Shown here: one piece after another, positions 57,763 through 64,000 of the stretch | Layout: every line of letters begins with the position of its first letter | How positions within the stretch are numbered: the stretch's first letter is position 1 | Sequence record: MN850622.1 | Source: Escherichia phage mobillu | Direction: 5' to 3' (one strand) | DNA: 64,000 nucleotides | Program-made: the position numbers and the translations under genes | The notes under the pieces: generated by a model | What the model was told of the DNA's origin: nothing | Database searches by the model: none | The model's input: only the letters and a program-made list of their open reading frames with translations

Positions 57763-58263
57763 ATGAATATGCAATTGATTACTAACGATATGGTCGTAAC
57801 CGCTTTTGGAGACACAACTGACGGAATCCGAGTCTTTAAGAAAGGACGTCCAGTTGGTTATCTTACTGACCTACGTGTTACACTGGCCAAAAATCTTAAA
57901 AAGAAAGTAAAACAAAAAGAGTATTCCACCCGATACGCTGAAGAGAAACGCGAAGCTATGCCAGAAGCAGTTAATGCCATGGTAGAATTTCTTCAAAACA
58001 ATTTGACTAAATATGACGCTAATGTGTTCATTAATATTAGTCAACCAAACGTACATATCGCAGGTATCAAATTCTATATTATTTGCGACCCTCTTACCGA
58101 CAAATTCAACCGTCTCGGAATCTCAAGCCCATATCATACAGCAGAAGAGTTGTGTGTATTGTTTGAATCATACAAAATCCAAACTGACGGGCCTAAAACA
58201 GTTCTTATCAATGGATTATCCCGAGACGAAATCATTGAGATTATTCAAACATGCTTAAAGTAA
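57763..58263 (+). CDS. alc: Alc-like protein (inhibitor of transcription from cytosine-containing DNA)
   Basis: 166 aa from ATG with GAGGAG RBS; position between rnlA and pseT and length as T4 alc; track start 57700 lies in promoter. Confidence 0.5.
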   Translation: MNMQLITNDMVVTAFGDTTDGIRVFKKGRPVGYLTDLRVTLAKNLKKKVKQKEYSTRYAEEKREAMPEAVNAMVEFLQNNLTKYDANVFINISQPNVHIAGIKFYIICDPLTDKFNRLGISSPYHTAEELCVLFESYKIQTDGPKTVLINGLSRDEIIEIIQTCLK

Positions 58264-58607
58264 ATGCATCATATATTGTAGTGGCAGCTTTTGCAGTTGT
58301 TGCTACTGTAACAATAGCATTTCTGAACCATAAAGTCGATTCGCTGAATACTGAATTGGCTTCTGTTAAAGAGACTGCTAAAAACAATGCTAAAGTATTA
58401 GACGACTTCAAGATTCAATATCAGTCAATCGAAGAAATGACTTATAAGAACCGTGTTTTAGTTGACCAACTTAAGGCTGAAAATGAAAAGCTCCGTAAGG
58501 ATTCGAAGAAGAAGAACGTGGTGGCAAGTAAGCCAGGATTGGTCGAAAAACAAATCAACAGGTCCTTCGATTCCTTTGCAGAAGACCTCAGGAAGCTCTC
58601 AGAATGA
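58251..58607 (+). CDS. i-spanin (Rz-like)
   Basis: 118 aa; N-terminal TM segment then coiled-coil-like charged region. Confidence 0.55.
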   Translation: MLKVNASYIVVAAFAVVATVTIAFLNHKVDSLNTELASVKETAKNNAKVLDDFKIQYQSIEEMTYKNRVLVDQLKAENEKLRKDSKKKNVVASKPGLVEKQINRSFDSFAEDLRKLSE

Positions 58608-58894
58608 TTAAATTAACTGTGGCTGTATTATCTATTGGTCTCCTAGTTGGATGTACTCAGGATGTGCCAGTAAGCCCTAAAGAAACTTTACATCCTTCAT
58701 GGCCTACGCCTATTTCCGAATACAACCAGAAATGGCAAGTAAAGGTTATTGATGGTAATCCGTGGGTTGGAATGCCATTTGAAGACTCTCAAGAATTTCG
58801 TATCTGGTTAAACGACGTAAAAAGATATATACATGACCAGAAGACTATGTTATGTTATTATCGTAGTGGTTTAAAAGAGGAAAAATGCCAATGA
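58604..58894 (+). CDS. o-spanin (Rz1-like lipoprotein)
   Basis: 96 aa; lipoprotein signal LLVGC, Pro-rich; ATGA-coupled to i-spanin. Confidence 0.55.
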   Translation: MIKLTVAVLSIGLLVGCTQDVPVSPKETLHPSWPTPISEYNQKWQVKVIDGNPWVGMPFEDSQEFRIWLNDVKRYIHDQKTMLCYYRSGLKEEKCQ

Positions 58895-59109
58895 CTAAAG
58901 AACAGCATGAATACATTAAAGGGCTTATCTATGAATCTGAAATGGCGGCTATGATTTATGGGCGCCAGATTCAACGATTAGAATCTTTGCCTCCGACTAA
59001 TGACCGATTGTTAGTTCAGTCTCGTGCTAATCTGAAAAATGAATATCAGAATAAGTGGGCAGTAGCGACTAAAGCTCTTCACGAGTATATTGAATCTTTA
59101 GTAAAATAG
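58885..59109 (+). CDS. hypothetical protein
   Basis: 74 aa. Confidence 0.45.
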   Translation: MPMTKEQHEYIKGLIYESEMAAMIYGRQIQRLESLPPTNDRLLVQSRANLKNEYQNKWAVATKALHEYIESLVK

Positions 59110-59138
59110 TTTACAAACTCTCAGGAGCAGAGTATAAT
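59109..59138 (+). promoter_or_regulatory. T4-type early promoter with inverted repeat
   Basis: GTTTAC + 18 + TATAAT; aggagca / tgctcct. Confidence 0.6.
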
Positions 59139-59166
59139 GCTCCTATGGATAATTGAGGAAATCTAA

Positions 59167-59465
59167 ATGAAAACATTACTAGAGAATTACATCAAACGGT
59201 CTGATGAGTATATTGATATCTGCCGTGGAATGACACTTGTAGATTATGACAAAGATGCAGCAAAGGCACTAGATGAAGCAGGTAAAGCTCTTCGTAAAGC
59301 TGCTAAAGAAAAAGGGTTGGATTTGCAACAACTCAAAAGTCATATGATTAAATTTATTTCTTCAAACGTTAGAAGTACGTCAATTAATAAAAACGTTGCT
59401 GAAATTAATAAAGACCGGCGCGAACTCAACATTCGTATTCTTGAAGCTTTCTTAGGAATCAAATA

Positions 59466-59466
<1 letters not shown>
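59167..59466 (+). CDS. hypothetical protein
   Basis: 99 aa after early promoter. Confidence 0.5.
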
Positions 59467-60553
<1,087 letters not shown>

Positions 60554-60745
60554 ATGAAACGATTATATGAAGTGATTGAGGCCATCGAACAGCATAAAGA
60601 ATATTTGTTTGTAGCCTGGCCTTTAGTAAATGGACAGTTCGGTATTGATGTGCTGGACTATGAGCATGAAGAACGTTTGGACGGTGGTATATTTGATAAC
60701 GTCGACCAGGCAATTGAATGGTTAAATGAAAACTATGTACGATAA
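60554..60745 (+). CDS. hypothetical protein
   Basis: 63 aa. Confidence 0.45.
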   Translation: MKRLYEVIEAIEQHKEYLFVAWPLVNGQFGIDVLDYEHEERLDGGIFDNVDQAIEWLNENYVR

Positions 60746-60950
60746 ACATCATGAAATCGAAGATGAAGCATACAAAATGCTTCGTAAACTAGTGGGACTT
60801 AATATGAGTCCTACATTAATCAACAAACTCGCAGGAATTCGTAATGATCTGAATACTCGTTACAAAGGTGAATATCATGTAGAGTTTGTTCCTGTAGGTG
60901 AACCAACCGAGCGATTTGTTGTTCGAGTTAAAGTAAATACTGTGCACTGA
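60726..60950 (+). CDS. hypothetical protein
   Basis: 74 aa; start uncertain. Confidence 0.4.
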   Translation: MKTMYDKHHEIEDEAYKMLRKLVGLNMSPTLINKLAGIRNDLNTRYKGEYHVEFVPVGEPTERFVVRVKVNTVH

Positions 60951-60957
60951 GGTAATT

Positions 60958-61233
60958 ATGTTCCCAACTTATTCTGAAATTGTAAAGGTAGTCTTCAGTC
61001 AGATTATTGCTAATAATATGTTTGAAGTGCTTGATAATGCAGCCGAACTCAGAGTTCATGCTCAACTAACTCATGTACTCAATGCTTTGCTCCCAGACCA
61101 AGTAGATTCTATTGCTATTACTCTTCTCCCTGGGTCTGCACACGTCATAGTGGTATTTGATCTTGACGGCGATTTAGTTATCCAATGTGATATCAATTTC
61201 GGTACACAAAAAATTGAATGCAAAGCAATTTAA
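60958..61233 (+). CDS. hypothetical protein
   Basis: 91 aa. Confidence 0.45.
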   Translation: MFPTYSEIVKVVFSQIIANNMFEVLDNAAELRVHAQLTHVLNALLPDQVDSIAITLLPGSAHVIVVFDLDGDLVIQCDINFGTQKIECKAI

Positions 61234-61235
61234 TG

Positions 61236-61265
61236 GTTTACAACATGGTGGAGTTGTGATACTAT
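61236..61265 (+). promoter_or_regulatory. T4-type early promoter heading the unit that contains DAHP synthase and cd
   Basis: GTTTAC + 18 + TACTAT. Confidence 0.55.
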
Positions 61266-61293
61266 AACTCTACCAACAAATGAGGAAATAGAA

Positions 61294-61530
61294 ATGCTAA
61301 GTGAAAACCCAATTACAGTACACGAATTTCAGATTAAAGTAAAAGAATTTGCTCAAGCACTCATCAATAAAGTGTCTGAACGTTTCCAAGATGCAACATT
61401 ACGAGTTATTCAAGAATCTCCACGTTCTTTTCTCATAATCGTTAATCCTAAAGATGGTGACCAAATTACTAATCTTAAATTATGCAGTGATGGTCTTGTT
61501 GAAGCAACTCGAGTATATGGATCACTATAA
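61294..61530 (+). CDS. hypothetical protein
   Basis: 78 aa after early promoter. Confidence 0.5.
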   Translation: MLSENPITVHEFQIKVKEFAQALINKVSERFQDATLRVIQESPRSFLIIVNPKDGDQITNLKLCSDGLVEATRVYGSL

Positions 61531-61650
61531 TGAGAGCTATCTCGTTACTATCGAGAATGCTCATAAATCTGAGCACTACCAACTTAGCCTGTCTAATCCG
61601 GTTAAAGGTATTGTTGAATCAGAATCTGTTTATATCTTCTAAGGATTGTT

Positions 61651-62643
61651 ATGTTACCTGTCGTCGGAAAACTTATTTCTCCAAAAGAACTGGCTGAGAT
61701 TATTCCTTTGTCGGAAGCTTACGCATCACAAGTGGCTTCTCATCGCGAACAAGTTAATTCGATTATGAACGGTGAAGACCCACGCAAACTTATTGTTGTA
61801 GGTCCTTGTTCAATTCATGACCCTATTGCTGCTGTTGAATACGGCAAACGTCTGGCTGAACTTCAAACTCGTCTTCCTAATGTTCTGTTAGTGATGCGCG
61901 TTTATTTTGAAAAGCCTCGAACTACCGTAGGTTGGAAAGGTCTTGTAAATGATCCATATCTTGACGGAAGTTTTGATATGAACCACGGTCTTATAGTTGC
62001 ACGAACATTGTGTCGTAAACTTCTACGTATGGGACTTCCATTAGCAACTGAAGTATTAGACCCATTCACGATTAAGTATCTTTCTGGTATTTTCTCATGG
62101 GTTGCTATTGGCGCCCGTACGACTGAAAGTCAGACACATCGTGAAATTGCTTCAGGTCTACCGATGTGCGTAGGCTTCAAGAACGCAACCAATGGTTCTA
62201 TTAAAGTAGCTACAGACGCGATGTATAGTGCCGCCAGGCCTCATCGGTATATGGGTATGGACGTCGATGGTACTGTAGGCATTGTTGAAGCTGAAGGTAA
62301 TCAGAATACGCATATCGTATTGCGTGGCGGGACCAACGGCCCGAACTATCATTCTTCTGATATTCAAGAAGCTTCTAACAAAGCAAGTGCAGTAGGTCTG
62401 AATCATTATGTAATGGTTGACTGTAGCCATGCAAACGCTGCTGGGCATTATAGCAATCAAATTGGTATTGGTAAAAATTTAGCAGCTAATGATTTGGTCA
62501 AAGGAATTATGATAGAATCATTCCTACATGAAGGAAATCAAAAAATTTCTAATAATATGTCCTATGGCGTTTCCGTTACCGATGCGTGCATCAGTTGGGA
62601 ACAAACTAAAGAGCTGTTAACTTATATTAATAAGGTTCAATAA
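61651..62643 (+). CDS. 3-deoxy-D-arabino-heptulosonate 7-phosphate (DAHP) synthase, class I (AroG-like)
   Basis: 330 aa; VGPCSIHDP, RVYFEKPRTTVGWKGLVNDP, GARTTESQTHRE, ESFLHEGNQ, TDACISWE closely track E. coli AroG; lacks about 20 N-terminal residues. Confidence 0.9.
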   Translation: MLPVVGKLISPKELAEIIPLSEAYASQVASHREQVNSIMNGEDPRKLIVVGPCSIHDPIAAVEYGKRLAELQTRLPNVLLVMRVYFEKPRTTVGWKGLVNDPYLDGSFDMNHGLIVARTLCRKLLRMGLPLATEVLDPFTIKYLSGIFSWVAIGARTTESQTHREIASGLPMCVGFKNATNGSIKVATDAMYSAARPHRYMGMDVDGTVGIVEAEGNQNTHIVLRGGTNGPNYHSSDIQEASNKASAVGLNHYVMVDCSHANAAGHYSNQIGIGKNLAANDLVKGIMIESFLHEGNQKISNNMSYGVSVTDACISWEQTKELLTYINKVQ

Positions 62644-63224
62644 TGAAAGCTAGCACATATCTTCAAATTGCTTATTTGATTTCTCAAGAATCAAAATGTT
62701 GTTCATGGAAAGTTGGTGCCGTCATTGAAAAAGATGGACGCATTATTTCTACAGGTTATAATGGCTCTCCTTCAGGTGGTACAAACTGTTGCGAACATGC
62801 ATCCGAAAACGGTTGGTTGAAGAATAAACCAAGCCCGGTCATCGTTGCTGGGCATAAAGAAGGCACTACAGCATTTGGACGGGTGGATAATTTTGTTTTG
62901 GCTAAAGAACATCGGGCCGCTCATAGTGCATGGTCTGCTAATAATGAAATCCATGCTGAACTGAATGCAATTTTATTTGCAGCTCGTAAAGGTAATTCTA
63001 TTGAAGGTGCTACGTTATATACGACGCTTTCTCCGTGTCCTGATTGCACTAAAGCTATTACACAGTCAGGTATTAAAAAGGTTGTATATGCAGAATTATA
63101 CGACCGATCTCCTGAAAATTGGGCAGACATTCTAAAACAAGCCGGTATTGAAGTAATTCAGTACTCTCGTAATAATCTTCGTTCTCTGAATTGGGAACAA
63201 ATCCGAAACTTTTGTGGTGAATAA
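62643..63224 (+). CDS. cd: dCMP deaminase
   Basis: 193 aa; HAELNAI and SPCPDCTKAI zinc-binding deaminase motifs; TAATG-coupled. Confidence 0.9.
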   Translation: MKASTYLQIAYLISQESKCCSWKVGAVIEKDGRIISTGYNGSPSGGTNCCEHASENGWLKNKPSPVIVAGHKEGTTAFGRVDNFVLAKEHRAAHSAWSANNEIHAELNAILFAARKGNSIEGATLYTTLSPCPDCTKAITQSGIKKVVYAELYDRSPENWADILKQAGIEVIQYSRNNLRSLNWEQIRNFCGE

Positions 63225-63225
63225 T

Positions 63226-63522
63226 ATGATTTTAACTGAACAAGAAACTATGGTTCTTCGTGAACGTATTAAAACTATTCTGTCTGTAGGCGTTCATTGT
63301 GTTGTATTTGAAAAGGCTAACGGTGAGGTACGCGCTATGTTTGCTTCTCGCGATGAACTTGAAGTCAAATATGAAAATAACAATCCGGCATCAGAAGTTC
63401 GTTCTGAACCTCGTGAATCAGTTCGAGCATTCGATACCAAGTTAGGTCAGTGGCGTTCTTTCCGCCTTGATAAAGTAATTTCGGTTGATGGTACTCCGGT
63501 AGAACGTTTGCTTCTTATGTAA
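63226..63522 (+). CDS. hypothetical protein
   Basis: 98 aa from ATG 63226. Confidence 0.45.
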   Translation: MILTEQETMVLRERIKTILSVGVHCVVFEKANGEVRAMFASRDELEVKYENNNPASEVRSEPRESVRAFDTKLGQWRSFRLDKVISVDGTPVERLLLM

Positions 63523-63524
63523 TA

Positions 63525-63549
63525 TGCTTTACGAATAGTATGGTATTAT
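63525..63549 (+). promoter_or_regulatory. putative middle promoter for gene 31
   Basis: aTGCTTTAcgaatagtatggTATTAT. Confidence 0.35.
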
Positions 63550-63579
63550 TAATCTATCGTCAAACAACAAGGAAATAAG

Positions 63580-63912
63580 ATGTCTGAAGTACAACTCCCA
63601 ATTCGTGCTGTTGGTGAATATGTCATTCTGGTTTCTGAACCCGCTCAAGCAGGTGATGAAGAAGTTACCGAATCAGGACTTGTGATTGGTAAACGTGTTC
63701 AAGGTGAAGTTCCTGAACTATGTGTAGTTCATTCTGTAGGTCCTGATGTTCCTGAAGGTTTTGTTGAAGTCGGTGATTTGACTCCACTACCAGTTGGACA
63801 AATTCGAAATGTTCCACATCCATTTGTGGCTTTGGGACTTAAACAACCTAAAGAAATTAAACAGAAATTCGTAACATGCCACTATAAAGCTATTCCGTGT
63901 CTTTATAAGTGA
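63580..63912 (+). CDS. 31: gp31 co-chaperonin (GroES-like)
   Basis: 110 aa; [34 protein letters not shown]...[14 protein letters not shown] matches T4 gp31. Confidence 0.9.
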   Translation: MSEVQLPIRAVGEYVILVSEPAQAGDEEVTESGLVIGKRVQGEVPELCVVHSVGPDVPEGFVEVGDLTPLPVGQIRNVPHPFVALGLKQPKEIKQKFVTCHYKAIPCLYK

Positions 63913-64000
63913 TATAAATAACTATATGAAGAGAACACTCTTCTAAGCGGTAGCCTACAACTGAGAGACTTGTCGAAAGAAGGTGAAATTCAGAAGAACG

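Overview
This 64 kb window is a T4-like (Tevenvirinae-type) myovirus segment, about 40% GC, running opposite to the conventional T4 map. Reading on the + strand, it covers an accessory enzyme module around gene 42 (dCMP hydroxymethylase), then uvsX-40-41, a small-gene island, 61, 56, soc, two ModA/ModB-like ADP-ribosyltransferases, srd, dda, dexA, more small genes, a fused 39 topoisomerase subunit, a glycosyltransferase-like gene, rIIA, rIIB, ndd, 52, motA and asiA. The late tail-fibre block t-38-37-36-35-34 sits on the - strand (about 36.6-46.7 kb). The + strand then continues with rnh, dsbA, 33, 59, 32, frd, td, nrdA, nrdB, denA, rnlA, alc, spanins, pseT, a DAHP synthase, cd and 31. No tRNA, rRNA, CRISPR array, intron or homing endonuclease was recognised. 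Regulatory structure is dense: many T4-type early promoters, often with the -10 inside an inverted repeat and followed by a CTATCAA leader motif; a few MotA-box middle promoters; TATAAATA late promoters; and a dispersed family of UUCG-tetraloop hairpin terminators. The most interesting candidate is a DNA-modification system unlike the T4 glucosyl-hmC system: the dCMP hydroxymethylase is flanked by a kinase-like protein, a HAD-like phosphatase, a U32-family (RlhA/TrhP/UbiU-like) putative hydroxylase, an unknown 299-aa protein and a P-loop kinase in the slot where T4 has beta-gt. Elsewhere the phage carries a GT-B glycosyltransferase-like gene and an AroG-type DAHP synthase, which could feed prephenate to the U32 enzyme. 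All protein calls rest on by-eye motif and synteny recognition, with no database search; coordinates of non-CDS features are approximate (about +/-2 nt).
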